From assembly GCA_035380285.1 (NCBI GenBank), contig DAOSXE010000002.1, forward strand, positions 1,207 to 33,206: a DNA stretch of 32,000 nucleotides. Reading direction: 5' to 3'. The notes below the pieces were generated by a model that was given only the letters and a program-made list of their open reading frames with translations, made no database searches and was not told the origin of the DNA. Below are positions 1 to 8,612 of the stretch, piece by piece. Numbering within the stretch: position 1 is the first letter of the stretch; each line of letters opens with the position of its first letter. The position numbers and the translations under genes are program-made. The stretch comes from a bacterium (GTDB lineage Bacteria > Auribacterota > Erginobacteria > Erginobacterales > DAOSXE01).

Positions 1-1
1 G

Positions 2-475
2 ATCAGGCTGGGAGTCCCGGAAAGCCTGGCCGCCCGAATCGAGCCCGGGCGCCGGGCGGAAGTCGCCCTGGAAAGCTTTCCCGGGAAAACCTTCCGCGGC
101 AGCGTCAGCGAAGTGGAAATCGCCCTCGACAACATGACGGGCACCTACCCGGTCACCGTGGTTCTCCTCGATCCCCCGGCCGGGGCGCGGCCGGGAATGG
201 CGGCCGAGGTTTCCTTCTTCTTCGAGTTCCCGGAAGGGGAGGGAATCGTGGTCCCCACCTCGGCCGTTTTCTCCGACCTGGAAACCGGCGCCGATTACGT
301 CTGGGTGGTGGAGGGCGGAAAAGTGAACAAGCGCAGGGTCGCGCTGGGGACGCTCTGCACCGAGGGAGTCGAAGTGACTTCCGGGCTCGAAGGAGGGGAA
401 CGGGTGGTAACCGCCGGGGTATCCCGGCTGGAGGAAGGACGGCGCGTGCGTCTCGGCGACGGGCTCGAACCCTGA
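2..475 (+). CDS. Efflux RND transporter periplasmic adaptor (membrane fusion protein), C-terminal part; 5' end lies outside the window
   Basis: Frame 2 is open from the window edge (IRLGVPESLAARIEPGRRAEVALESFPGKTFRGSVSEVEIALDNMTGTYPVTVVLLDPPAGARPGMAAEV...). This pattern is typical of the beta-barrel/membrane-proximal part of HlyD/AcrA-type adaptors. The stop lies 31 nt upstream of an RND permease gene. Confidence 0.85.
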   Translation: MRLGVPESLAARIEPGRRAEVALESFPGKTFRGSVSEVEIALDNMTGTYPVTVVLLDPPAGARPGMAAEVSFFFEFPEGEGIVVPTSAVFSDLETGADYVWVVEGGKVNKRRVALGTLCTEGVEVTSGLEGGERVVTAGVSRLEEGRRVRLGDGLEP

Positions 476-505
476 CCGGCCCCGACCGCACACGCCGGCA
501 AGACG

Positions 506-3500
506 ATGAACCTTACCGAATTCGCCCTGCAACGCAACCGCCTGACCGTGGTCGTGCTTTTTGTCCTCCTGATCGGGGGGGTGTCGGCCTATTTCTCCCT
601 TCCCCAGTCGGAGGATCCGGATTTCGTCATACGAACGGCCCTGGTCGCGACCTACTTTCCCGGAGCGTCCCCGCAGCGGGTGGAGCAACTCGTCACCGAC
701 AAGATCGAACAGCAGATCCAGGAGATCCCCGAACTGGACAACGTATCGTCCCAGTCCCGGACGGGGGTTTCGCTGATCTTCGTCAACATCAAGGAAAAGT
801 ACGACGATATGCGCCCGATCTGGCGCAAGCTCCGGGACAAAGTGGACGACTCCCGCGCCTCCCTTCCCGAGGGGATCGACGGCCCCTACGTCAAAGACGA
901 TTTCGGCGACGTCTTCGGAATCATGGTCGCCCTGACCGGCGAGGGGTTCTCCCAGGCCGAGATCGACGAAACCGCCAAAAACATGCGCAAGGAGCTTCTC
1001 CAGATCAAAGACGTGGCTCGGGTCGAGATCGTGGGGGAACAGGACGAGAGAATCTTCGTCGAGTTTTCCAACGCCCGGCTGGCCGAACTGGGATTCAGCC
1101 CGCTCCAGCTGGCCGAGAGCCTCCAGACCGAAAACATCGTCCTCCCGGGGGGCTACGTCAACATCGGGCCGGACAAGATCGTGGTCGAACCGACCGGCAA
1201 CTACGAGAACGTGGACGCTCTGCGCGATACCGTCATCCGCCTCGCCCACGGAGGGGGAGGGGACAGCCTCATCGCCCTCAAGGATATCGCTTCGGTGACC
1301 CGCGGCTACGTGGAACCGCCGGATACCATCGTTCATTTCAACGGGGTCCCGGCGGTGCTTCTGGCCGTGAACATGACCAAGGAAGGCAATATCGTCGATT
1401 TGGGGCGCCGGATCGACGAATTCCTGCGGCGGGCGGAGGCGGACCTTCCCGTGGGCATGGAATTCGGCTACGCCGCCTTCCAACCCCGATACGTGACCGA
1501 GGCCATCAACGATTTCATGATCAACCTCATCGAGGGGGTGGCGGCGGTGGTGCTGGTCATGCTGCTCTTCCTGGGCCTGCGCACCGGCCTGGTGGTCGGA
1601 ACCCTGATCCCCATGACGATGGTGGTGACGTTCCTGCTCATGTCGGTCTTCGGGATCGGCCTTCAGCAGGTATCGATCGCCTCGCTGATCATCGCCTTGG
1701 GGATGCTGGTGGACAACGCCATCGTCATGAGCGAAGACATCATGGTCCGCATCCGGTCCGGCCAGGAGCGTTTTGCGGCCGCCGTAGCGTCCGGAAGGGA
1801 ACTGGCGATCCCCCTTCTTACCTCCACGCTGACCACCGCCGCCGCCTTTCTGGCGATTTATCTGGCCGAATCCGCGGTGGGAGAGTACTGCGCCAGCCTC
1901 TTCGAAGTGGTGACCATGTCCCTGGTCTCCTCGTGGGTCCTGGCCCTGACCATGATCCCCCTCTTCTGCCTCTGGTTCCTGAAACCGGCGACGGCGGGTT
2001 CGGCCCGCGGTTTCGGGGAAGGGTTCTACCGGCGTTATCGGGGTTTCCTGCTCTGGCTCCTCACCCACCGGGCCGTAGCCGTAGCCGTTCTCCTGGCCGT
2101 GTTCGCGGGGAGCCTGCAGCTTTTCGGAGCGATTCCCCAGATATTCTTCCCCCCGTCGATCCGCCCCCAGTTCGTCGTCGATTTCTGGCTGCCGGAAGGA
2201 ACCCACCTCGCGGAGACGTACCGGGAGATGCTCCCGGTCGAAGAATATTTGAGCGGGCGCAAGGAAGTGGAAAATTTCTCCATGTACGTGGGCGAATCGA
2301 GCCCCCGTTTCTACCTGGCCCTCAACCAGGAACAGAGCAACGAGAACTACGGTTTCTTCCTGGTCAACTGCGTCTCGACCGAGGGCATGGACGAGCTCAT
2401 GGACGGAGTCTACCGGATGATGATCGAAACCATCCCCTCCGTCAATCCGGTGGTTAAAAAACTGGAAACCGGAGCGATGGTGGGAGCCCCGATCCAGATC
2501 AGAATCAGCGGAAACGACGTCAGCGACCGGGGGATCAGGACCCTCTATCGCCTGGCGGGAGAAGTCAAGAGCGCCTTGCGTGAAACTCCCGGCGCCGTCT
2601 CGGTGCGCGACAGCTGGGGTTCCGCCATTAAAAAGCTCTACGTCCGGATCGACCAGGCCCGGGCCCGGAGGGCGGGGCTGACCAGCCAGGATATCGCGGT
2701 CTCGCTCCAGGCCCAGCTGGCCGGTTACCGCGCCACCGAATACCGGGAAGCCGACCAGGTCATCCCGGTGGAACTGCGTTCGACCCGGGCCAACCGCACC
2801 GACCTGGGGAAGATCGAGGGGCTCAACGTTTATTCCCTGGCCGGAGGCCAGAGCATCCCCCTGCTTCAAATCGCCCTGCCCGAATTCCGTTCCGAAGTCT
2901 CCACCATCGAGAGGCGCGACCGCAAAAGAACCCTGACCGTCAAATGCGACGTTTCCGGCCGGACCGCCGCCGACGTGCTCAAAGAGGTCAGGCCCGCAAT
3001 CGACGAGCTGGCCGCCGGCTGGCCCGCGGGCTACGACGTCGAGTACGGAGGAGAGTTCGAAGAGAACGAGAAAGCCTCGCAATCGATCTTCGCGCAGCTG
3101 CCGATCTCGTCTTTCATCATCCTCATGCTCCTGGTCTGGCAGTTCAACTCCTTCCGCAAGACCCTGATCATTTTCTGCACCATCCCCATGGGTCTGATCG
3201 GGGCCGTCCTCGGTCTCTTCCTGACCGGCAGCGAATTCGGGTTCATGTCCATGCTGGGGATGGTGAGCCTGGCCGGGATCGTGATCAACAACGCCATCGT
3301 ACTCATCGACCGGATCAACCTCGAAATCGAAGCGGGGAGGGCTCCCCAGGACGCCATCGTCCTCTCCGGCCAGAAACGGCTGCGCCCCATTCTGCTCACC
3401 ACCATCACCACGCTGGGAGGCCTCCTGCCGCTGGCGCTTCAGGGAGGGCCGCTCTGGGAATCGATGGCCTGGACCATCATCGGCGGCCTCCTTTTCGCCA

Positions 3501-3625
3501 CCGTTCTCACCCTCGGTTTCGTGCCGATCCTCTACTCGGCGTTTTTCGGGATCCGATTCCGAAAGGGAGTGGAGTACGGAAGCGAGGATGGCCCCACCGA
3601 GGCGGCGTTTGAAGCCGGCGCCTGA
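506..3625 (+). CDS. Efflux RND transporter permease subunit (AcrB/AcrD/AcrF family), 1039 aa
   Basis: Length and 12-TM architecture with two large periplasmic loops. Family-typical segments are present: MNLTEFALQRNRLTVVV N-terminus, SIASLIIALGMLVDNAIVM in TM4, and GMVSLAGIVINNAIVLIDRIN in TM10. It directly follows the adaptor gene. Confidence 0.95.
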   Translation: MNLTEFALQRNRLTVVVLFVLLIGGVSAYFSLPQSEDPDFVIRTALVATYFPGASPQRVEQLVTDKIEQQIQEIPELDNVSSQSRTGVSLIFVNIKEKYDDMRPIWRKLRDKVDDSRASLPEGIDGPYVKDDFGDVFGIMVALTGEGFSQAEIDETAKNMRKELLQIKDVARVEIVGEQDERIFVEFSNARLAELGFSPLQLAESLQTENIVLPGGYVNIGPDKIVVEPTGNYENVDALRDTVIRLAHGGGGDSLIALKDIASVTRGYVEPPDTIVHFNGVPAVLLAVNMTKEGNIVDLGRRIDEFLRRAEADLPVGMEFGYAAFQPRYVTEAINDFMINLIEGVAAVVLVMLLFLGLRTGLVVGTLIPMTMVVTFLLMSVFGIGLQQVSIASLIIALGMLVDNAIVMSEDIMVRIRSGQERFAAAVASGRELAIPLLTSTLTTAAAFLAIYLAESAVGEYCASLFEVVTMSLVSSWVLALTMIPLFCLWFLKPATAGSARGFGEGFYRRYRGFLLWLLTHRAVAVAVLLAVFAGSLQLFGAIPQIFFPPSIRPQFVVDFWLPEGTHLAETYREMLPVEEYLSGRKEVENFSMYVGESSPRFYLALNQEQSNENYGFFLVNCVSTEGMDELMDGVYRMMIETIPSVNPVVKKLETGAMVGAPIQIRISGNDVSDRGIRTLYRLAGEVKSALRETPGAVSVRDSWGSAIKKLYVRIDQARARRAGLTSQDIAVSLQAQLAGYRATEYREADQVIPVELRSTRANRTDLGKIEGLNVYSLAGGQSIPLLQIALPEFRSEVSTIERRDRKRTLTVKCDVSGRTAADVLKEVRPAIDELAAGWPAGYDVEYGGEFEENEKASQSIFAQLPISSFIILMLLVWQFNSFRKTLIIFCTIPMGLIGAVLGLFLTGSEFGFMSMLGMVSLAGIVINNAIVLIDRINLEIEAGRAPQDAIVLSGQKRLRPILLTTITTLGGLLPLALQGGPLWESMAWTIIGGLLFATVLTLGFVPILYSAFFGIRFRKGVEYGSEDGPTEAAFEAGA

Positions 3626-3642
3626 CCCGCGCTGCCGGGCCC

Positions 3643-3726
3643 TGCCGAAGGGGGGACTCGAACCCCCATGGAGTTACCCCCACATGGTCCTGAACCATGC
3701 GCGTCTGCCAATTCCGCCACTTCGGC
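3643..3726 (-). tRNA. tRNA-Leu, anticodon CAG, 84 nt, long variable arm, no encoded CCA
   Basis: Reverse complement reads GCCGAAGTGGCGGAATTGGCAGACGCGCATGGTTCAGGACCATGTGGGGGTAACTCCATGGGGGTTCGAGTCCCCCCTTCGGCA. Acceptor stem is GCCGAAG/CTTCGGC. Anticodon stem CATGG/CCATG carries loop TTCAGGA (anticodon CAG). The variable arm is long, and the T arm is GGGGG-TTCGAGT-CCCCC. Confidence 0.95.
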
Positions 3727-3739
3727 TCAACCGGCGCAA

Positions 3740-3768
3740 AGACTACGAAAACGGGCGGGTGCTGTCAA
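3740..3768 (-). promoter_or_regulatory. Candidate sigma70-type promoter for tRNA-Leu
   Basis: On the minus strand: TTGACA (3768..3763), a 17-nt spacer, then TAGTCT (3745..3740). The -10 element ends 13 nt upstream of the mature tRNA 5' end. Confidence 0.45.
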
Positions 3769-3902
3769 GGCCCAATCGGGCGGCCGCGGCGCTCCTTGCG
3801 AAAATGCCGCTTGTTCCCGCCGCTTCCGCTTCGGTATGCTTATTAAAGAACAAGTCATCTCAGCCCGAACTCGGGCGGCAGCACAACCCCGGGAGGCGTG
3901 CC

Positions 3903-4331
3903 ATGAAAACCCTGGTTTGCGCGTTCGCGCTCCTGACGGCGGCGGCGGCGGCGGCTCAACCGGTCGTCGATCCCGCGGCCCTGAGGAGCGACCCCTGGCC
4001 TTACCGAAACGCCACCATCACCGTGAAAGACATCTTCACCGCCCGCAAAACCCCGGTGCCGACGGCCATGGCCGAAGCGGGATATTCCGCCCGGGACTAC
4101 CTTCATTTTACCGCCGGACGGTCGGGGATGCCCTGCTACGTGCGCAAGAGTTCCCCGGTGGCGGCCTTGCTCCCAAGCCTTCAGCCGGGGGATCAGGTCA
4201 CCATAGTGGGGAGAGTGGTCCAGCCCAAGATCACGGTCAAGCGCAAAGGCTGGAACCAGGAAAGGATCAAGCTGGAGCGGTTCATCCTCGTCGTCACCAG
4301 CCTGGAGAAGGGCTGGGGGCCTCCGCCCTGA
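3903..4331 (+). CDS. Hypothetical secreted protein, 142 aa
   Basis: ATG at 3903 gives a signal-peptide-like N-terminus ([20 protein letters not shown]). The longer ORF from 3588 would run through the tRNA gene and is rejected. No family recognised. Confidence 0.6.
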   Translation: MKTLVCAFALLTAAAAAAQPVVDPAALRSDPWPYRNATITVKDIFTARKTPVPTAMAEAGYSARDYLHFTAGRSGMPCYVRKSSPVAALLPSLQPGDQVTIVGRVVQPKITVKRKGWNQERIKLERFILVVTSLEKGWGPPP

Positions 4332-4350
4332 GCCCCGGAAGGACCGGGAC

Positions 4351-4806
4351 GTGAAGGGACGAGTCCTGATCACCAACCGCAAGGCCCGTCGCGACTACCT
4401 GATCCTGGAAACGTCGGAGGCCGGCATCGTCCTTGAGGGCTCGGAGGTGAAATCCCTGCGCGCCGGGCGCGGGAGCCTGGCCGAAAGTTACGCCCGCGTC
4501 GAGAACGAGGAAGTGTTCCTGGAAGGGATGCATATCACCCCCTACGACCATGGGAGCGTCTTCAACCCCCCGGAACTGCGCCCGCGCAAACTCCTTCTGC
4601 ATAAGCGGGAAATCAGGAAACTGATCGGCCAGACCGCGATCAAGGGACACACGCTGATCCCCCTTTCCCTCTATCTCAGCCGGGGCCGGGTCAAGGTGGA
4701 ATTGGCTGTGGCCCGGGGGAAGAAAGCCTACGACAAGCGGGAGACGATCAGGGAACGGGAAGGGGCCCGGGAGATGGCGGCGGCCGTCAAACGGGCTCGG
4801 AACTGA
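4351..4806 (+). CDS. smpB: SsrA-binding protein SmpB
   Basis: GTG start preceded by GGAAGGA. The sequence [59 protein letters not shown]...[15 protein letters not shown] is a close match to the SmpB family pattern. Length is 151 aa. Confidence 0.95.
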   Translation: MKGRVLITNRKARRDYLILETSEAGIVLEGSEVKSLRAGRGSLAESYARVENEEVFLEGMHITPYDHGSVFNPPELRPRKLLLHKREIRKLIGQTAIKGHTLIPLSLYLSRGRVKVELAVARGKKAYDKRETIREREGAREMAAAVKRARN

Positions 4807-4822
4807 AAAACCCGGCTTTCAG
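4803..4822. terminator. Weak hairpin between convergent smpB and permease genes
   Basis: CTGAAA (4803-4808), loop aacccggc, TTTCAG (4817-4822). It spans the gap between the two stop codons. The stem is only 6 bp and AT-rich, with no clear U tract. Confidence 0.2.
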
Positions 4823-6177
4823 AAAATAAGGTATTTGGCCAGGAAAAGTCCGGCCACCGGATAGAGCGGCCAATGCACCTCCCGTCCCCGGCCGGCCAGG
4901 AGCTTGATCGCGGGGTAGGAGACGAACCCCCAGGCGATCCCGTCGGCGATGCTGTAGCAGAGGGGGATACCCACCATGACCAGAAAAGCGGGGAGCCCCT
5001 CGGTCAGGTCGTCCCATTGCACTTTGCGGACGTTGCGGATCATCATCGCCCCCACCACGATCAAGGCCGGAGCGGTGAGGGCGTGATCCTGGGTGACCAT
5101 GCCCACCACCGGGCTGAAAAAAAGCGCGGCGAGAAAACAACCGGCCGTGACCACGCTGGTAAAACCCGTCCTCCCTCCGTAAGCCACCCCGGTAATGCTT
5201 TCGATGAAGGAGGTGACCGTGCTGGTTCCCATCGCCGCCCCCACCACGGTCCCGACCGCGTCCGAGACCAGGGCCCGGTCGGCGCGAGGCAGACGGTTAT
5301 CCTTGATGAACCCGGCCTGTTCGCTGACGCCGATCAGGGTCCCCAGCGTATCGAACACGTCCATGAACAGGAAGATGACGATGAAGGACCACATGTGGGG
5401 GCTGAGGGCGTGAACGAGGTCGAACTTCAGAAAGGTGGGGGAGAGGGAAGGGGGAGGGGCGACCACGGCCCCGCTGAACCGGGTGCGGCCCAAAATCAGG
5501 GACAGGGCCAGGCCGGAGAGAATCCCCCAGAGGATGGCTCCCCGCACTCGGCGCGTCATCAGCGCCAGCGTGACCAGGAAAACGAAACCGAAGACCAGCA
5601 TCTGCAGAGAGTGGAGGCGGGGGTTGAGACCGATCAGGGTTCCGGGGTCGGCGACCACGATCTTGGCGTTCTGCAGTCCGATGAATGCGATGAAGATTCC
5701 GATCCCCACGGCGATCCCGTTGCGGAGACTGGGGCTGACCGCCTCGATGACGACGCGGCGCACCCGGCAGAGCGAGAGGATGAGGAAGATGACGCCGGAG
5801 ATGAACACCACCCCCAGAGCGACCTGCCAGGCCGTGGTTTCTCCGGCGCGGACCGCCGCCAGCGTGCCCGCCTCGGCCACCACGGTGAGAACGAAGAAAA
5901 AATTCTCCCCCATCCCCGGGGCCTGGGCGATCGGGTAGTTGGCCAGAACCCCCATGAGGAGGGTGGCCAGGGCCCCGGAAAGACAGGTGGCGGTCATGAC
6001 CGCCCCGAAATCCAACCCCGAATCGAAGCCGAACATTTTCCCCGAAAGCACCGCCGGCTGCACGAAGATGATGTAGGCCAACGTGGTGAAGGTGGTGATG
6101 CCGGCCCCGATTTCGGTACGGAGATCGGTGCGGCGTTCTGCGAAACCGAAGTATGTCGAAAGGAAATGCCTGTTCAT
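4819..6177 (-). CDS. NCS2 family permease (AzgA-type adenine/guanine/hypoxanthine permease), 452 aa
   Basis: Start taken at the ATG at 6177..6175 (MNRHFLSTYFGFAERRTDLRTEIGAGITTFTTLAYIIFVQPAVLS...), the family-typical N-terminus. The protein is multi-TM throughout. The 659-aa track ORF extends upstream over the divergent gene and is not credible. Confidence 0.9.
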   Translation of the reverse strand: MNRHFLSTYFGFAERRTDLRTEIGAGITTFTTLAYIIFVQPAVLSGKMFGFDSGLDFGAVMTATCLSGALATLLMGVLANYPIAQAPGMGENFFFVLTVVAEAGTLAAVRAGETTAWQVALGVVFISGVIFLILSLCRVRRVVIEAVSPSLRNGIAVGIGIFIAFIGLQNAKIVVADPGTLIGLNPRLHSLQMLVFGFVFLVTLALMTRRVRGAILWGILSGLALSLILGRTRFSGAVVAPPPSLSPTFLKFDLVHALSPHMWSFIVIFLFMDVFDTLGTLIGVSEQAGFIKDNRLPRADRALVSDAVGTVVGAAMGTSTVTSFIESITGVAYGGRTGFTSVVTAGCFLAALFFSPVVGMVTQDHALTAPALIVVGAMMIRNVRKVQWDDLTEGLPAFLVMVGIPLCYSIADGIAWGFVSYPAIKLLAGRGREVHWPLYPVAGLFLAKYLIF

Positions 6178-6258
6178 GGCCCGGCCGCCGGTCGCGGTTG
6201 TTTCCCCGAAGGCGGCTATGATAGCATACCGTTCGTCCATGTAAAGAGGGAGAGAACC

Positions 6259-7062
6259 ATGAGCGCCCCCATCACCCTGGTTACCTGCGGGATCATCTGG
6301 AAGGGAAACCGTTTTCTGATCGCCCAGCGCAAGCCCGATTCGCGACTCGAACCCCTGAAGTGGGAATTCCCGGGAGGAAAGATCGAGTTCACCGAGGATC
6401 CGCCCACCGCCCTGCGCCGGGAGATCCGCGAAGAGCTCGGCTTCGAGATCGACGTCGGGGATATCTTCTGCGTCAGTTCCCACACCTACAGCCGGCCCGA
6501 CGGGACGGCCAAGCATATCATGATGCTGGCCTACAACTGCGCCTATCGGCGCGGGGAACCCTCGGCGATCGACGTGCACGGGTTCCGTTGGGTCGAAACC
6601 CGGGAACTGGACGCCTACGACCTGGCGGCCGCCGACCTCGTCATCCGCGACCGGCTCCAGAGACGCCACGGTCTCCCTCCCTCCGATGCGCCGGCACCGG
6701 ACGAAACCCCCGACCTCCATGACCGGGATACGACCGTGGCCGATCTGCGGAAGGTGGTTTCGCAATTCGTGGAAGAACGCGACTGGGGACAGTTTCATTC
6801 CCCCAAGAACCTGAGCATGTCCATCGCCATCGAAGCGGCCGAGCTCATGGAGCTTTTTCAGTGGAACACGGTCGAGGAATCCCGGTTGATCGGCCAGACC
6901 CCCGAACGCTACGAGGAAGTCTGCCGGGAAGTGGCGGACATAGCCGCCTACGTTCTCAGCCTGGCCAATTCCCTCGACATCGATCTCAGCCGGGCGGTCA
7001 CCCGGAAGATGAGGCTGAACCGGCTGAAGTACCCCCGGGAAAAATTCTATGGGAAATTCTGA
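6259..7062 (+). CDS. Fusion protein: N-terminal Nudix hydrolase (MutT-like) plus C-terminal MazG-like all-alpha nucleotide pyrophosphohydrolase, 267 aa
   Basis: ATG at 6259 is preceded by AAGAGGGAGAG. An intact Nudix box is present: GGKIEFTEDPPTALRREIREELGF (GX5EX7REUXEEXGU). The C-terminal half (DLRKVVSQFVEERDWGQFHSPKNLSMSIAIEAAELMELFQW...EVADIAAYVLSLANSLDIDLSRAVTRKMRLNRLKYP) has the EXXE...EXXD pattern of MazG/dCTPase-type proteins. Confidence 0.85.
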   Translation: MSAPITLVTCGIIWKGNRFLIAQRKPDSRLEPLKWEFPGGKIEFTEDPPTALRREIREELGFEIDVGDIFCVSSHTYSRPDGTAKHIMMLAYNCAYRRGEPSAIDVHGFRWVETRELDAYDLAAADLVIRDRLQRRHGLPPSDAPAPDETPDLHDRDTTVADLRKVVSQFVEERDWGQFHSPKNLSMSIAIEAAELMELFQWNTVEESRLIGQTPERYEEVCREVADIAAYVLSLANSLDIDLSRAVTRKMRLNRLKYPREKFYGKF

Positions 7063-7098
7063 GGGGCCGACCGCGGCGGGCGCCGGCGGGGTCCGGCA

Positions 7099-7398
7099 AT
7101 GAAGTCCTCGGGGGAAACCCGGATCCGGATCCTGGTGCGGGGGCGGGTCCAGGGGGTGTTTTTCCGGGCTTCCACCGTCGAGGTGGGAACCGGGTTGGGG
7201 CTGGCCGGCCGGGTCCGCAACCTCCCCGACGGCGGCGTGGAGGTTCTGGCCGAAGGCCCCCGCCCGGCCCTGGAAGAGCTCGCGGCCTGGGCCCGGCGGG
7301 GGCCGGCCGGCGCCCGCGTGGACTCGGTCGAAGTGGAGTGGGGCGCGGGTCCGGGCGGATACGCCGGGTTCGGCATCGCCGGGAGGTGGGATCGATGA
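7099..7398 (+). CDS. acyP: Acylphosphatase, 99 aa
   Basis: RIRILVRGRVQGVFFRASTVEVGTGLGLAGRVRNLPDGGVEVLAEG contains the acylphosphatase signatures V-x-G-x-V-Q-G-V-x-F-R and G-x-V-x-N-x-x-D-G-x-V. Confidence 0.9.
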   Translation: MKSSGETRIRILVRGRVQGVFFRASTVEVGTGLGLAGRVRNLPDGGVEVLAEGPRPALEELAAWARRGPAGARVDSVEVEWGAGPGGYAGFGIAGRWDR

Positions 7399-8582
7399 TC
7401 CGGACCCTGGCGGCGGCCCTGCTTTTTCTTCAGGCGGCCGGAACCGGCCCGGAGCCGGCCGGCGCCCCGGCCTGGAGGCAACAGGGGGGAGGGTCCGACC
7501 ACGGCGGAGGGGAGGGGGGGGTTCCCACCGACCCGGTTCTGGCGTGGCGCTATTCGGGGCGCTACGCTTTTTTCACCCCTCCCTCGGTTCTCGGCGACCG
7601 GCTGGTGGTGGGGGACGAGCATGGACGGCTGACCTGTTTTTCGGCCGAAGACGGTCACCGGATCTGGGACCGGAAGTCCTCCGGGTACTACGCCGCGGCC
7701 CCGGTGGCGGCGGAGGGCCGGATCTACGCCGCCTGCTCCCGCCGCGAACAGTGGACGGAAACCGTTAAAAGCGGGGGGATGTTTTCCGGCGGCGCCGACC
7801 AGATCGTGTCCATGGTCGAGGAGCGGGGGACCATCGCCTGTTACGCCCTGGAGAACGGGCGCAAGCTGTGGAGCCGGCGGTTTCCCAAGGTCATCCACGC
7901 CACACCCGCCCTGGAAGGAGACCGCCTGGTCGCGGGCAGCGGCGATTTCAAGATCTACTGCCTGGAAGCTCAGCGGGGGAAACACCTGTGGGAAGTCAAA
8001 ACGGAGGGACCGGTGGAAGCTTCCCCGGTCATCACCGCGGGGAGGGTCCTGGCCGGATCCAGCGACGCCAACCTTTACTGCCTCGACCTCGGCGACGGCT
8101 CCCTGCTCTGGCGTTTCAAGGCATCGGGCGCGATCCGGGTCGCCCCGGCGGCGGCGCGGGGCGGGGTTTTTTTCGGGACCGTGACGGGGACCATGTACTG
8201 CCTGACCGTTTCCGCGGGAACGAAGGTTTGGGAGAAGGACCTCAAAGCGCTCCTGGTTTCTCCGCCGATGATCGTTCACAACGATCTCGTCCTCGCCTGC
8301 AGCGACCACACCATCCGCTGTCTCCGGGGGGGGGACGGCGAAGAGAAATGGCGGCTCGAGACCCGGGGCATGGCCCGGAGCCTGGCCGCCGGCGCTGACG
8401 CGGGGTTGGCCGGCTGCGACGACGGAACCCTGGTCGCCTTCGGCCTGGAAGACGGCCGGGGGAGGTGGGAGCAGACGCTGGCCCGCAAGGAACCGCTCCT
8501 GGTCTCCATCGGGGGAGGGAAAATCTTTGCTTCTTCTCCCGACAAATCTATATATTGTCTGCGTCAGAACCGGGGCCGTTAG
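7395..8582 (+). CDS. PQQ-like (BamB-like) beta-propeller repeat protein, secreted, 395 aa
   Basis: ATG at 7395 overlaps the acyP stop (ATGA). The N-terminus is hydrophobic (MIRTLAAALLFLQAAG). About eight repeats of the l-Y-C-L-D-x-x-x-G-x-x-x-W type are present (LTCFSAEDGHRIW, IACYALENGRKLW, IYCLEAQRGKHLW, LYCLDLGDGSLLW, MYCLTVSAGTKVW, IRCLRGGDGEEKW, LVAFGLEDGRGRW). Confidence 0.85.
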   Translation: MIRTLAAALLFLQAAGTGPEPAGAPAWRQQGGGSDHGGGEGGVPTDPVLAWRYSGRYAFFTPPSVLGDRLVVGDEHGRLTCFSAEDGHRIWDRKSSGYYAAAPVAAEGRIYAACSRREQWTETVKSGGMFSGGADQIVSMVEERGTIACYALENGRKLWSRRFPKVIHATPALEGDRLVAGSGDFKIYCLEAQRGKHLWEVKTEGPVEASPVITAGRVLAGSSDANLYCLDLGDGSLLWRFKASGAIRVAPAAARGGVFFGTVTGTMYCLTVSAGTKVWEKDLKALLVSPPMIVHNDLVLACSDHTIRCLRGGDGEEKWRLETRGMARSLAAGADAGLAGCDDGTLVAFGLEDGRGRWEQTLARKEPLLVSIGGGKIFASSPDKSIYCLRQNRGR

Positions 8583-8612
8583 GGCGGCCCAAGCCTAAAC
8601 CCGGAGAGGGAA

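Noticed and set aside
3588-3902. Upstream extension of the 247-aa ORF, and the overlapping 228-aa ORF (3668-4354)
   Set aside because: The extension runs across the tRNA-Leu gene and its promoter. The signal peptide begins at the ATG at 3903, and the 228-aa ORF is an R/G-rich alternative frame.
4807-4818. tmRNA (ssrA) gene next to smpB
   Set aside because: The flanks of smpB are occupied by coding sequence, with only a 12-nt gap downstream. No tRNA-like acceptor/T-arm other than tRNA-Leu was seen.
6178-6258. Possible purine riboswitch upstream of the NCS2 purine permease
   Set aside because: Only 81 nt are shared with a divergent promoter. I could not find the conserved purine-riboswitch junction sequences or a three-way junction. 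There is only a weak TATG...CATA inverted repeat (6216-6227).
6178-6798. Upstream extension of the permease ORF (659 aa) and the 5' part of the 729-aa + strand ORF (4873-6258)
   Set aside because: Each is the antisense of the other's well-supported gene. The family-typical N-termini start at 6177 (minus strand) and 6259 (plus strand).
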